DNA from: Aliishimia sp.
GTDB taxonomy: Bacteria; Pseudomonadota; Alphaproteobacteria; Rhodobacterales; Rhodobacteraceae
Direction of reading: 5' to 3'
DNA: 64,000 bases
Assembly: GCA_039978895.1 (NCBI GenBank)
Contig: JBDWAL010000055.1
Location: forward strand, 274,138 to 338,137
The position numbers and the translations under genes were made by a program. Positions 30,735 through 40,259 of the stretch are shown piece by piece; the first letter of the stretch is position 1, and each line of letters opens with the position of its first letter. Under the pieces are notes generated by a model. That model was not told where the DNA came from. It made no database searches and saw only the letters and a program-made list of their open reading frames with translations.

Positions 30735-31675
30735 GTGTTGGTCCTTTTCTGAATAGCAAGTTGTGTCATGAGATCCTCCGTGGGGATCGGATGACGATAA
30801 GGGTAACCCTCGTTAGAGAGGGAATTGGTAACGGAGCTCATGAACCATCTGGTGCCTAAGCGTTTTAGGATCATGCGCGATTTCACTGGGGCTAACCCGC
30901 CAGGCCCATCGGGTAAAAACCGTGCCGTATGGTAGCCGCATATTTCATCTGCACTGACGAATTCCGCATGATCTGCGATCCGCATGAAGTCTTCGACTTT
31001 GTGTTCTTCAAGAAGTTCTAAAAGGGCGTCAAAAAACACACGAGAATGCTCTTTTGTCACGTTCTTAGTGTCGTGATTGTTGGTGTGCGATGTATGTGGA
31101 AACAGGCACCTATTGCAGTAGTCTTCAAAGTTCCCTGAGACATTGGCTCTGGTCATCGCGTTGATGAACGTTTGATAGATTGCCAAAGGCTCCAAGGCAC
31201 TGCGTCGCGAGTCCTCAATGCCCAAAGAGGTATAATCAGGCACTTCGTCTGGAACTGAAAACACACGGATGGGCCATGTATTATGGCGGAATCCGTTCAT
31301 GGTTTCCGTCAACTTCCACCCATCCGTCGTACGTCGGATCACCGCGCGGTTGGTATAGCTGCGCACAATAGGGAGTGTGCCGCGCAAAAGATGCGACACA
31401 TAGATGCCATCGATATAGTTAGCGCTGAGATGCGTCGCTTTGCTGGCGAGGCGAATGACCTTGTCGACACCTTTTGACGCCAAAGTTTGATAGAAAGCCT
31501 CAAGGCCCGCTATCAAGTCTTCACGCGTCTCCAACATGATCTTAGCATCCAAGGCGAGGTGCAAATAGGGCAAGCTAAATAGGGGCATCAAACCTTTCAC
31601 ACCATCTTGCGCCACGGCCTGCGACATCGCGTCGAGGACGTTTTGGAAGATGAGTTTTGGGTCGTCAGTGTTCAT
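30716..31675 (-). CDS. hypothetical protein: internally duplicated domain, possibly NTF2/SnoaL-like
   Basis: 319 aa from MNTDDPKLIFQNVLDAM. The two halves align (IFQNVLDAMS / IYQTFINAMT; IDGIYVSHLL / ICGYHTARFL; RAVIRRTTDGWKLTE / RMILKRLGTRWFMSS). Sits between fadA and fadB, and its last 19 nt overlap the fadB start. Confidence 0.6.
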   Translation of the reverse strand: MNTDDPKLIFQNVLDAMSQAVAQDGVKGLMPLFSLPYLHLALDAKIMLETREDLIAGLEAFYQTLASKGVDKVIRLASKATHLSANYIDGIYVSHLLRGTLPIVRSYTNRAVIRRTTDGWKLTETMNGFRHNTWPIRVFSVPDEVPDYTSLGIEDSRRSALEPLAIYQTFINAMTRANVSGNFEDYCNRCLFPHTSHTNNHDTKNVTKEHSRVFFDALLELLEEHKVEDFMRIADHAEFVSADEICGYHTARFLPDGPGGLAPVKSRMILKRLGTRWFMSSVTNSLSNEGYPYRHPIPTEDLMTQLAIQKRTNTWPTSQ

Positions 31676-31695
31676 GCGCTTGCCCTGTTTCGACT

Positions 31696-32907
31696 TTACA
31701 CGCGTTCGATGATTGTCGCGGCACCCATGCCTGACGCGATGCACAATGTCGCCAGTCCGACCTCTTTGTCTGAACGTTCCAACTCGTCCAACAAAGTGCC
31801 GATGATCATTGCACCAGTCGCACCCAACGGATGGCCCATAGCAATCGACCCACCGTTTACATTGACCTTAGCGGGGTCCACATCAAAGGCTTGCTGGAAG
31901 CGCAACACAACCGATGCGAATGCCTCGTTGACTTCAAACAAGTCGATGTCGCTGATGGCCATGCCACTGTCACTCAAGATTTTCTGTGTGGCGGGGACTG
32001 GGCCTGTCAGCATGATTGTGGGATCTGTGCCGATCTTGGCTGTTTGGCGGATGCGCGCACGGGGTTTAAGCCCGTACTTTTCGCCGAATTCTTTGTTGCC
32101 AATCAGGACCGCTGCGGAACCGTCTACGATTCCAGATGAATTCCCGGCGTGGTGGATGTGGTTGATCCGCTCCAAATGCGGGTATTTCATCAGGGCGACC
32201 TTGTCGAAGCCGGGCATGACTTCACCCATCGCTTGGAAAGACGCCCCCAAGGCGCCAAGGCTTTGCATATCGGTGCTGGGGCGCATGTATTCGTCTTGGT
32301 CCAAGATCACGAGGCCGTTTTGGTCGCGAATGGTCAGGACAGACTTGTCGAACCGGCCGTCATCCCATGCGGCTTTTGCACGGCGCTGAGATTCTACGGC
32401 CAAAGCATCCGCATCATCGCGCGAAAACCCATATTCGGTTGCGATAATGTCGGCTGAAATGCCCTGTGGGACAAAATAGGTTTCCATTGCGATGGAAGGG
32501 TCGGCTGCAATCGCCGCCCCGTCTGACCCCATGGCAACACGGCCCATCATTTCGACACCGCCCGCAATATAAGCATCGCCCGCGCCGCCCTTAACTTGGT
32601 TGGCGGCAAGGTTCACAGCTTCCATGCCAGATGCACAAAAACGGTTTATCGCAAGGCCGGGGATGGACTCATCTAGATCAGATGCCAGGACTGCTGTTCG
32701 CGCCAAACAGCCGCCTTGTTCCATGACTTGGGTCACATTGCCCCAGATCACGTCTTCGACGGCATGGCCTGACAGGTTGTTGCGCTCTTTCACTGCGTTC
32801 AGCACTTGGGCTGACAGGCGCGCGGCGGTTACTTCGTGTAAGCTACCGTCTTTGCGGCCCTTGCCACGTGGAGAACGCACAGCATCGTAAATATAAGCTT
32901 CAGTCAT
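31696..32907 (-). CDS. fadA: acetyl-CoA C-acyltransferase (3-ketoacyl-CoA thiolase)
   Basis: 403 aa with active-site Cys region NRFCASGMEA, GGSIAMGHPLGATG and CIASGMG. Confidence 0.95.
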   Translation of the reverse strand: MTEAYIYDAVRSPRGKGRKDGSLHEVTAARLSAQVLNAVKERNNLSGHAVEDVIWGNVTQVMEQGGCLARTAVLASDLDESIPGLAINRFCASGMEAVNLAANQVKGGAGDAYIAGGVEMMGRVAMGSDGAAIAADPSIAMETYFVPQGISADIIATEYGFSRDDADALAVESQRRAKAAWDDGRFDKSVLTIRDQNGLVILDQDEYMRPSTDMQSLGALGASFQAMGEVMPGFDKVALMKYPHLERINHIHHAGNSSGIVDGSAAVLIGNKEFGEKYGLKPRARIRQTAKIGTDPTIMLTGPVPATQKILSDSGMAISDIDLFEVNEAFASVVLRFQQAFDVDPAKVNVNGGSIAMGHPLGATGAMIIGTLLDELERSDKEVGLATLCIASGMGAATIIERV

Positions 32908-32928
32908 TGGGGTGATCCTTTCTTTGGC

Positions 32929-34122
32929 TTATCGCCAAGGCACATATGCATTATGGGCCTCAATTTCGTGGGTGAGATTTTGCATGTCTTTTCTGGTCAA
33001 GCTCGCCATGACTTTTTTTCCAAGTGGGAAAGGCGCGATGAGTGCGGCTTGCTCTTTGAAGACAAAGGTATAGGGCGTGCCGTCCTCGGTTTCTCCAACG
33101 TAGCCCATGCCCACATCACCATTTTTCTCGATTGAAGGCTGAGTGGTCAAAGGGCCGATGTAGTTGAGTTGGCTGGCTTTATTTACTTTAGCAAGCAGAG
33201 CTACAGCACATGCTGCGATTGGGCGGGTTTGCGCATAGTCTAAGCAGGCTTGGGCTTTAGCGCGGTCACCTGAAAAAATTGCGGCTCCCACGCCAAATCC
33301 ATTTTCTTTTGTGGGTTGGGTTAAGACAACTTCGTCCTCGTTCGCATACCCCGCCAAGACGCCGAATGTGGTTTGTACGCCCCAAATAACGCCATCTTTT
33401 TCAGTTGGGTGCCCCACTGGGAAGCCGGCGGTCAACGCTTGGATTTGAAAGGGTTTGCCATCGACTTGCTGTGTTGCGGCAGCGGCACGATAAAGACCAA
33501 GGTGTGGGTCTGATAAACCGTGTTGAAGGTGTGCTATGCGTGAAAATCGTTCCCTTTTTGCGCGTTCAGGGTTCGAATCCGTCAGCTGGACCATGGCTTG
33601 CATAAGTTCTTGCTTTGGCAGTAAATCCACAATGTCAGAGCCGCGTAACCACTCCCGCAAACTGCCATAATACGCGTCTGACGGAGCCTCGTAGAAACGG
33701 GCGTCGATGTCATCGAGTATATCAGCGCGCGTCCCGAAACCATCTTGGCTTTGGGCTTCTTGAGGGTGGGTTTTGATCCAAGCTCGCAAATCACGCAGAC
33801 AACTTGCATAGAGGCTGGCGCCAATCAAATCCAGTCCGTTCAAGGCGTCGTCTGAAATCCATTTAGACATGCCAGAGTTGTGAACAAACTGGGAATGCCC
33901 GCCGTTCTGGACTTGGGCCATGTAATAATCGGCATGATAAAGCCACATTGCTTCGGCTGGGATTTCGTCACGTCGATATTGCCCGGTTGAGAGCATCGAA
34001 TTGACGAAATCTGCCAAGCCAGAAGATACAGCCCAGGTTTCCGCACTTTCGGCAAAGATCGCGTCATCCATAAGAATGCGCGCGACCCCTTTAGCCTTGG
34101 ATTTGCGAAACAGTCCGAACAT
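32929..34122 (-). CDS. DUF4375/DMP19-like domain protein with an unknown C-terminal half
   Basis: The N-terminal region carries the DMP19/DUF4375-type motif YHADYYMAQVQNGGHSQFVHNSG. The C-terminal ~200 aa were not recognised. Its start is 3 nt after the GST stop. Confidence 0.6.
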   Translation of the reverse strand: MFGLFRKSKAKGVARILMDDAIFAESAETWAVSSGLADFVNSMLSTGQYRRDEIPAEAMWLYHADYYMAQVQNGGHSQFVHNSGMSKWISDDALNGLDLIGASLYASCLRDLRAWIKTHPQEAQSQDGFGTRADILDDIDARFYEAPSDAYYGSLREWLRGSDIVDLLPKQELMQAMVQLTDSNPERAKRERFSRIAHLQHGLSDPHLGLYRAAAATQQVDGKPFQIQALTAGFPVGHPTEKDGVIWGVQTTFGVLAGYANEDEVVLTQPTKENGFGVGAAIFSGDRAKAQACLDYAQTRPIAACAVALLAKVNKASQLNYIGPLTTQPSIEKNGDVGMGYVGETEDGTPYTFVFKEQAALIAPFPLGKKVMASLTRKDMQNLTHEIEAHNAYVPWR

Positions 34123-34125
34123 AAA

Positions 34126-34758
34126 TTATGCGCGATCGGCCGGAGAACCGGGCATCAAATCATACGGGTGTTTCCAACCGGGAAGCGCCGAAATGTTATC
34201 CAGCCAGCGGTTCATATTAGGCCAGTCCTTGCGTTCAAAGCCAAATGGTTCTGGGTAGTATAGGTACCCGCAGCAGGAAAAATCAGCGTTTGTGGCGCCG
34301 TCACCCACAATGAAGTCGCGTCCTTCCAAATGGGCCTCTAGGACTGAATACGCGCCCTGAAGGCGCCCCAAGTTGAATGCGATAACATCTTGAGGGCGTT
34401 TGTCCTCGGGAAGGAAGTTCATCAAAAAGCGTGTCATGCCCGCCATCGAACTCAGTTTGTGATTGTCAAAGAGAACCCATCGCAAAACGTCATATTTTTC
34501 GGCATCCGTCCCCCCAAATTTACCCGTTTTGTCTGTTATATATTGTTGGATCACTCCAGATTGAGACAACTTCACATCCCCGTCGATGAGGAAGGGCGCT
34601 TCTCCCATAACGTTCATCGCTTTGTATTCAGGGGTACGACTTGCGCCTGCAAAGAAATCCACTTTGACGGGCTCCCAATCGAGGCCAGACAGTGCGAGGG
34701 GCAGGGCGGCCTTGTATGAATTTCCGGACTCGCCGAAGCAATGCAGTTGGATGGTCAT
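34126..34758 (-). CDS. glutathione S-transferase family protein
   Basis: 210 aa with an N-terminal thioredoxin-like GST domain (ESGNSYK...GEAPFLIDGDVKLSQSGVI). Confidence 0.85.
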   Translation of the reverse strand: MTIQLHCFGESGNSYKAALPLALSGLDWEPVKVDFFAGASRTPEYKAMNVMGEAPFLIDGDVKLSQSGVIQQYITDKTGKFGGTDAEKYDVLRWVLFDNHKLSSMAGMTRFLMNFLPEDKRPQDVIAFNLGRLQGAYSVLEAHLEGRDFIVGDGATNADFSCCGYLYYPEPFGFERKDWPNMNRWLDNISALPGWKHPYDLMPGSPADRA

Positions 34759-34890
34759 GGTTTTATGTGCCCTCCCGAGGCTTGTTAGGTTTTGGTCTTA
34801 TGGGGGTTAGCGCCCCAATGACCTGCGCAGTCTATCTGTCAAAATTTACGTGAAAAGACACATGTCGGCTCGAATCTGACGTTTTCAGCA

Positions 34891-36048
34891 TCACAACGCC
34901 CTCGCGATGAGTTCTTTCATTATCTCATTCGTACCGCCGTATATTCTTTGCACACGCGCATCCGTCCACATTTCTGCAACGGCATAGTCTTGCATGAATC
35001 CGTAGCCGCCATGGAGCTGCACGCATTCATCTAAAACTTCGCCTTGGGTGTCGGTCAGCCAATATTTTGCCATTGCTGCCTTTTCGACGCTTAGGTCGCC
35101 GCGCATGTGTTCAAGGATACATTCATCGAGAAATGCCCGCGCCACTTTCGTTTTCGTCAAGCATTCTGCTAATTTGAAACGGGTGTTTTGAAACTGTGTG
35201 AGTGGCCCGCCGAAAGCTTCACGCGTTTTGCAGTATTCTATGGTGCGCGACACAGCACCTTCCATGGCCCCAACCGCCCCGCACGCAATCGCCAAGCGTT
35301 CCTGCGGGAGTTGTTGCATCATTTGATAAAACCCCTGTCCCTCTTCTCCGCCAAGGATGTTTTCGGGGGCAATCAACACGTTGTCAAAAAACAACTCGGA
35401 TGTGTCGGCTGCGTGCAGCCCGACTTTCTCCAAGTTTTGGCCACGCGTGAAACCCTCTGCGCCATCGGTCTCAAGTACGACAAGAGACACGCCCTTTGAC
35501 CCTTGGCTTGGGTCGGTTTTGGCAGCAACGATAATCAGATTTGCGTGTTGACCGTTGGAAATAAAAGTCTTTTGCCCTGATAGTCGGTATGCGTTCCCGT
35601 CGCGCACCGCCTTGGTTTTGATCCGCTGGACATCTGAACCTGTGGATGGCTCGGTCATTGCCAAAGCGCCGACCATCTCGCCGGAGATCAAATGTGGCAG
35701 CCAGCGGTGTTTTTGTTCTTCAGTGCCAAATGCAAGGATGTAATGCGCGACAATGGGGCCGTGAATTGGATAACCCCAGCTTGAAATGTTGGCTCGGCAT
35801 GTTTCGATCATGATTGCGGCTTCATGTCCGAAATCGCCGCCCGGGCCGCCATACTCTTCGGGGATCGACGGGCAAAGCAGTCCGACAGACGCGGCTTCTT
35901 GCCAGATGGATCGATCCATTTGACCTTGTTTGCGCCATTTGGCGAAGCGTGGTGACCACTCCGTTGTGATGAAGTCAGCCGCGAGGTCTGAAATCATACG
36001 GTGTTCGTTGGTCATCCATGCAGATGAAGCTGTGGTCACGTCATGCAT
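34891..36048 (-). CDS. acyl-CoA dehydrogenase
   Basis: 385 aa with [24 protein letters not shown] and IYGGTNEIM. Confidence 0.95.
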   Translation of the reverse strand: MHDVTTASSAWMTNEHRMISDLAADFITTEWSPRFAKWRKQGQMDRSIWQEAASVGLLCPSIPEEYGGPGGDFGHEAAIMIETCRANISSWGYPIHGPIVAHYILAFGTEEQKHRWLPHLISGEMVGALAMTEPSTGSDVQRIKTKAVRDGNAYRLSGQKTFISNGQHANLIIVAAKTDPSQGSKGVSLVVLETDGAEGFTRGQNLEKVGLHAADTSELFFDNVLIAPENILGGEEGQGFYQMMQQLPQERLAIACGAVGAMEGAVSRTIEYCKTREAFGGPLTQFQNTRFKLAECLTKTKVARAFLDECILEHMRGDLSVEKAAMAKYWLTDTQGEVLDECVQLHGGYGFMQDYAVAEMWTDARVQRIYGGTNEIMKELIARAL

Positions 36049-36068
36049 CGAAGGCCCTTTCGATCAAC

Positions 36069-36281
36069 TTATCGCTTGCGATTCTCTAGGTCTGAGTTGA
36101 ACAGCCGCAGCCGCGCAGTCAGGTTTTCTTCATTCATCACAGAGCTGAAATTCTCGAAAAGGAAGGACAGCGCCTCTCCCTCGTCCAATCCGGCTTCGTC
36201 GGCAAATTTCTTTAACCGACGATAGCCATCCTCTGTCATGGCGACAGGGAACCTACGGGTGAGGCGGAAACGTTTGGGCAT
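36069..36281 (-). CDS. small conserved-looking protein, possible ribbon-helix-helix fold
   Basis: 70 aa from MPKRFRLTRRFPVAMTEDGYRRLKKFADEAGLDEGEALSFLFENF (strand-helix-helix pattern). Wedged between two acyl-CoA dehydrogenase genes with 20-nt and 53-nt gaps. Confidence 0.45.
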   Translation of the reverse strand: MPKRFRLTRRFPVAMTEDGYRRLKKFADEAGLDEGEALSFLFENFSSVMNEENLTARLRLFNSDLENRKR

Positions 36282-36334
36282 TGGCGCGATCCCTCCCAGA
36301 AGCGCTTGAGGTGGAGGGCAACTCCACCCCAATT

Positions 36335-38116
36335 TTAGAAGTTGGCGGCTTCTAAGGCCATCACTGTGTCCGCACCTGTTTGAATGCGGGACAAATGTAA
36401 GGCGGTGGCTGGAAGCTGTCGTGCCATATAATAGCGACCCGTGTGCAGTTTTGTCTCATAAAACGCCACGTCCGACGTGCCATCGGCAAGAGCCTGCTTC
36501 GCCGCTTTGCCCATCTTCGCCCACATCAAGCCAAGGCAAACTTGGCCGAACATGTGCATGAAGTCATAAGACCCCGCCAAAGCATTGTTGGGATTGGCCA
36601 TCCCGTTTTGCATGAAGTACATGCCCGCAGACTGCAAATCCTTGGATGCTGTTTTCAGCGGATCAAGGAAGTCCTTGTCGTATTCTGCGTCCTGACCTGC
36701 TTCGTCTTTGATAAAGGTTTTGACCAATTCAAAGAAGGCCATGACATGTTTTCCGCCGTCTTGTGCAAGCTTGCGCCCAACTAGATCAAGAGCTTGCACG
36801 CCATTTGCCCCTTCATAGATCATCGCAATTCGGGAATCGCGCGTGAACTGAGACATGCCCCATTCTTCGATGTAGCCATGTCCGCCATAGACTTGCTGGG
36901 CTTTGACCGTGTTGTCGTAACCCACATCTGTCAGGAAGCCTTTGATCACCGGTGTCAGTAGCGACACAAGGCCGTCTGCGCTTTCGTCGTTGTTGCGGTG
37001 TGCCGCGTCGATCAGTGTTGATCCCCACAGAATGAACGCACGTGCACCTTCCGCAAAGGATTTCTGATCCATCAAAGAGCGACGAATGTCAGGGTGTACG
37101 ATCAGTGGGTCGGCCGGCCCATCCGGGTTTTTCACACCTGTCACGTCACGTCCTTGCAGACGATCTTTGGCATATTCGAGCGCGTTTTGGTACGCGGCAT
37201 CGGATTGGGCAAGACCCTGCATTCCGACACCCAAGCGGGCTTCGTTCATCATCGTGAACATAGCGCGCATGCCTTTGTGTGCGTCGCCAATTAGGTAGCC
37301 TGTGGCCTCATCATAATTCATCACACAGGTCGAATTTCCGTGGATGCCCATTTTTTCTTCAATATTGCCGACAGCGACACCGTTGCGCGCGCCGAGGCTC
37401 CCATCTTCGTTTACGAGGAATTTGGGAACAATAAAGAGCGACACCCCTTTGATGCCTTCAGGGCCACCCACGATTTTACCAAGCACCAAGTGAATGATGT
37501 TCTCGGACATGTCGTGTTCACCGGCTGAGATGAAGATTTTCTGCCCAGAGATTTTATAGCTGCCGTCATCTTGTGATTCAGCTTTCGTCCGCATCAAACC
37601 CAGATCAGTGCCGCAATGTGGTTCGGTAAGGTTCATTGTGCCGGTCCAATCGCAGGCGACCATCTTCGACAAATAGGTGTTTTTTTGCTCTTCAGATCCG
37701 TGTGCCAAAATGGCTGAGGCCGCGCCATGTGTGAGGCCTTGATACATTGTGAAGGCCATGTTGGCCGCAGAAAACATCTCACCGACGGCCGAACCGATCA
37801 CGACGGGCATGTTCTGTCCGCCGTATTCTTCTGGCATATCAAGACCTGGCCAGCCGCCTTCTTTGACTTGTTCAAACGCAGCTTTGAAACCCGTTGGTGT
37901 CCGAACAACACCGTTTTCCAATGTGCAGCCTTCAACATCACCCACTGTGTTCAGGGGTTGCAGTACTTCTGAACTTATCTTGCCAGCTTCTTCAAGGATG
38001 GCTGATGTGAAATCTGCCTCAAGATCGGCATATCCAGGAATGTCGGACGCGGATACGTTCAACACATCATGTAGAACGAATTGCATGTCTTTGACGGGGG
38101 CGGTGTAGCTTGGCAT
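36335..38116 (-). CDS. long acyl-CoA dehydrogenase (FadE-like, with C-terminal extension)
   Basis: 593 aa with [24 protein letters not shown] and IYEGANGVQ, plus an extra C-terminal domain of about 150 aa. Confidence 0.9.
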   Translation of the reverse strand: MPSYTAPVKDMQFVLHDVLNVSASDIPGYADLEADFTSAILEEAGKISSEVLQPLNTVGDVEGCTLENGVVRTPTGFKAAFEQVKEGGWPGLDMPEEYGGQNMPVVIGSAVGEMFSAANMAFTMYQGLTHGAASAILAHGSEEQKNTYLSKMVACDWTGTMNLTEPHCGTDLGLMRTKAESQDDGSYKISGQKIFISAGEHDMSENIIHLVLGKIVGGPEGIKGVSLFIVPKFLVNEDGSLGARNGVAVGNIEEKMGIHGNSTCVMNYDEATGYLIGDAHKGMRAMFTMMNEARLGVGMQGLAQSDAAYQNALEYAKDRLQGRDVTGVKNPDGPADPLIVHPDIRRSLMDQKSFAEGARAFILWGSTLIDAAHRNNDESADGLVSLLTPVIKGFLTDVGYDNTVKAQQVYGGHGYIEEWGMSQFTRDSRIAMIYEGANGVQALDLVGRKLAQDGGKHVMAFFELVKTFIKDEAGQDAEYDKDFLDPLKTASKDLQSAGMYFMQNGMANPNNALAGSYDFMHMFGQVCLGLMWAKMGKAAKQALADGTSDVAFYETKLHTGRYYMARQLPATALHLSRIQTGADTVMALEAANF

Positions 38117-38157
38117 TTGGGTATCTCCCTAGACGTTTGGGGTCGGATGTTGTTGTT

Positions 38158-38592
38158 CTATTCGGCAGCTTTGGACGCGATGTTCGTTGATCCGATGACT
38201 TTCTCAGCCCATTTTAGTTGTGCTTGCAGATCAACGATGGCTTCGCTTAATTCGTCACGTTGACGTTCCATATCGGCAAGCCGTTCGCGGGCGATGTCAT
38301 AGGTGCGCGCAATTTGAGTGTGTTGTTGATCACCCATGTCGTAGAGGTCCAGCAGTTGGCGGATTTCCTCTAGGCTGAATCCAAAGCGTTTTCCGCGCAA
38401 AATGAGCTTGAGCCGCGCGCGGTCTCGCTTGGTGAATAATCGGTGAGTGCCTTCCCGGATCGGAAAAAGCAGCTCTTTGGACTCGTAAAAACGTAATGTG
38501 CGCGGCGTGACATCGAAGGCTTCGCACATTTCTCTGATCGTTAAGGTTTCCGTGGTCATTGTGTTCACTCTGGCATTTCTTGTCATAGTCAT
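38158..38592 (-). CDS. MerR family transcriptional regulator (LiuR-like)
   Basis: HTH LTIREMCEAFDVTPRTLRFYESKELL followed by a coiled-coil dimerisation helix. ATG 38559 (MTTETLTI) is an equally plausible start. Confidence 0.85.
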   Translation of the reverse strand: MTMTRNARVNTMTTETLTIREMCEAFDVTPRTLRFYESKELLFPIREGTHRLFTKRDRARLKLILRGKRFGFSLEEIRQLLDLYDMGDQQHTQIARTYDIARERLADMERQRDELSEAIVDLQAQLKWAEKVIGSTNIASKAAE

Positions 38593-38626
38593 GAGATGGA
38601 ATGGACAATAACATAATACAACGCTG

Positions 38627-38691
38627 CTTGACGTTGACGTAACTCCAACGTTACGTCACTTGATAATTGACGTAACTTCCGTTCACGTAAC
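38627..38691. promoter_or_regulatory. cluster of TGACGT(AAC) repeats / inverted repeats (candidate MerR-type operators)
   Basis: TTGACGT (38628..38634); TGACGTAAC-N6-GTTACGTCA (38635..38658, perfect 9-bp arms); TGACGTAAC-N4-GTTCACGTAAC (38668..38691, imperfect). Lies upstream of the MerR/acyl-CoA dehydrogenase operon. Confidence 0.55.
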
Positions 38692-38836
38692 CCTGCGGTC
38701 CGCGTAATTTAATGACTCATCGTTTAGTTGAACAACACGACTAAGGGCGATCCGAGGGCGTCAGATGCAAGCGGATTGGAAGCGCAATCCGACAGAGCGA
38801 AGCTGTGTCAGATGCGTTTTTTGGGTGCTGCAAACT

Positions 38837-39208
38837 TTAGGTGGCAAGTTCGACCGCAACTGAATCGCGCAAACCTTGTAGCTCGTCAAAAGCTTCATCA
38901 AGTTGCGCTCGCTGTTCGGCAAGTTCTTTCAGCTGACCGTCGGCCATTTCGATCCAAGCGCGCATCTGCGCCTCGGTTCCGTCATTCTCATAGATCAGCA
39001 GCCATTGCCGGATATCTTCCAGCTGAAAGCCAAATTTGCGACCCCTTAGGATCAGTTTCATGCGTGCAACTTCTCGGGCACCATAGAAACGGGCGCGGCC
39101 TTCGCGGTCAGGTTGAAGTAACTCTATATACTCGTAATAGCGCAACGTGCGTGGGGTGACCTCGAACTTTGCGCACATCTCTTTGAAAGACAGACGCGGC
39201 TCGGACAT
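38837..39208 (-). CDS. MerR family transcriptional regulator (paralog of 38158..38592)
   Basis: 123 aa from MSEPRLSFKEMCAKFEVTPRTLRYYEYIELL. Divergent from the thioesterase genes. Confidence 0.85.
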   Translation of the reverse strand: MSEPRLSFKEMCAKFEVTPRTLRYYEYIELLQPDREGRARFYGAREVARMKLILRGRKFGFQLEDIRQWLLIYENDGTEAQMRAWIEMADGQLKELAEQRAQLDEAFDELQGLRDSVAVELAT

Positions 39209-39333
39209 TTTTGATTTCTCCCGGTCAATTGGGCAAATCGTATGCCGATGTTTGACCAAGCGCAACCACCGCTCTTGCGCTTTGTAGATTTGGGCGCGAT
39301 GAAGACGCTGCAACAGCTCCAAGAGGCCCGCCC

Positions 39334-39756
39334 ATGGTGGACAAATCTGTCTTCGCTAAACAATTTATTCAGGCCATTCCTCATTCCCGAGCGCTTGGGA
39401 TGATCCTAACCGAGGTTGGCGATGGGACTGCGACGATCACGATGCCTTACGCTGAGCACTTAATTGGCGATCCACGCACCAAAGTCATCGCAGGCGGAGC
39501 TGTTTCTGCGTTGATGGACACATGCTGTGGCGCGGCCGTGATTTCACATCCTGAAAATCCGGGCGCTACGGCCACAATAGATTTGCGCATCGACTACATG
39601 CGGGCTGCCACGCCGGGTCAAGCGGTGACAACCACGGCAACGTGTTATCATGTGACGCGTTCGGTAGCTTTTGTGCGTGCCACAACGGTCGATGAGGACA
39701 GCAACAACCCCGTTGCTACGGCGACAGGGTCATTTACAGTGGAGCGTAAGCGATGA
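39334..39756 (+). CDS. PaaI-family (hotdog fold) thioesterase
   Basis: 140 aa; IPHSRALGMILTEVGDGTATITMPY...GGAVSALMDTCCGAAV. Confidence 0.8.
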   Translation: MVDKSVFAKQFIQAIPHSRALGMILTEVGDGTATITMPYAEHLIGDPRTKVIAGGAVSALMDTCCGAAVISHPENPGATATIDLRIDYMRAATPGQAVTTTATCYHVTRSVAFVRATTVDEDSNNPVATATGSFTVERKR

Positions 39757-40259
39757 AACGCCCACAACCAGAACCCGTCCAAGTTATCAAAAGACGTCGC
39801 GATGCGGCGCTGACCTCTTTGGTGACAGGGGTGCCTTATATTCAATTCATGGGCATACATTTTGATCGTCGCGGCGACGAGTTGACGGGCGTGATGGAGT
39901 ATGACGACAAGCTTATCGGAAACCCGATGTTGCCTGCATTGCACGGTGGCGCGACAGCTGCATTTTTGGAAGTCACGGCTATGATCACACTCAGCTGGTC
40001 TTACCTGTGGGAAGATATCGAGAGCGGTGATCTGACGGGACCGGACTTGCCACGGTTGCCCAAGACTATTGGGTTTACTGTGGATTACCTGCGATCTGGC
40101 TTGCCGCGAGATGCCTATGCAAGGGCGCGAGTTGTCCGCTCTGGGCGACGTTACGCGTCTGTGCATGTCGAAGGGTGGCAAGATAATCGCGAACGCTTGT
40201 TTGCTCAGGCCACGGGGCATTTTGTCATGCCTCAACGTGACCGCAAAGATGACGAATGA
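39753..40259 (+). CDS. PaaI-family (hotdog fold) thioesterase, second copy
   Basis: 168 aa; VPYIQFMGIHFDRRGDELTGVM...LHGGATAAFLEVTA. Start overlaps the previous stop (ATGA). Confidence 0.75.
   Translation: MKRPQPEPVQVIKRRRDAALTSLVTGVPYIQFMGIHFDRRGDELTGVMEYDDKLIGNPMLPALHGGATAAFLEVTAMITLSWSYLWEDIESGDLTGPDLPRLPKTIGFTVDYLRSGLPRDAYARARVVRSGRRYASVHVEGWQDNRERLFAQATGHFVMPQRDRKDDE

Noticed and set aside
33569-33580. GGGTTCGAATCC, the canonical tRNA T-loop sequence, on the + strand.
   Set aside because: It lies inside the 32929..34122 coding region. The flanks do not form a T-stem, and no acceptor or anticodon arm is present.
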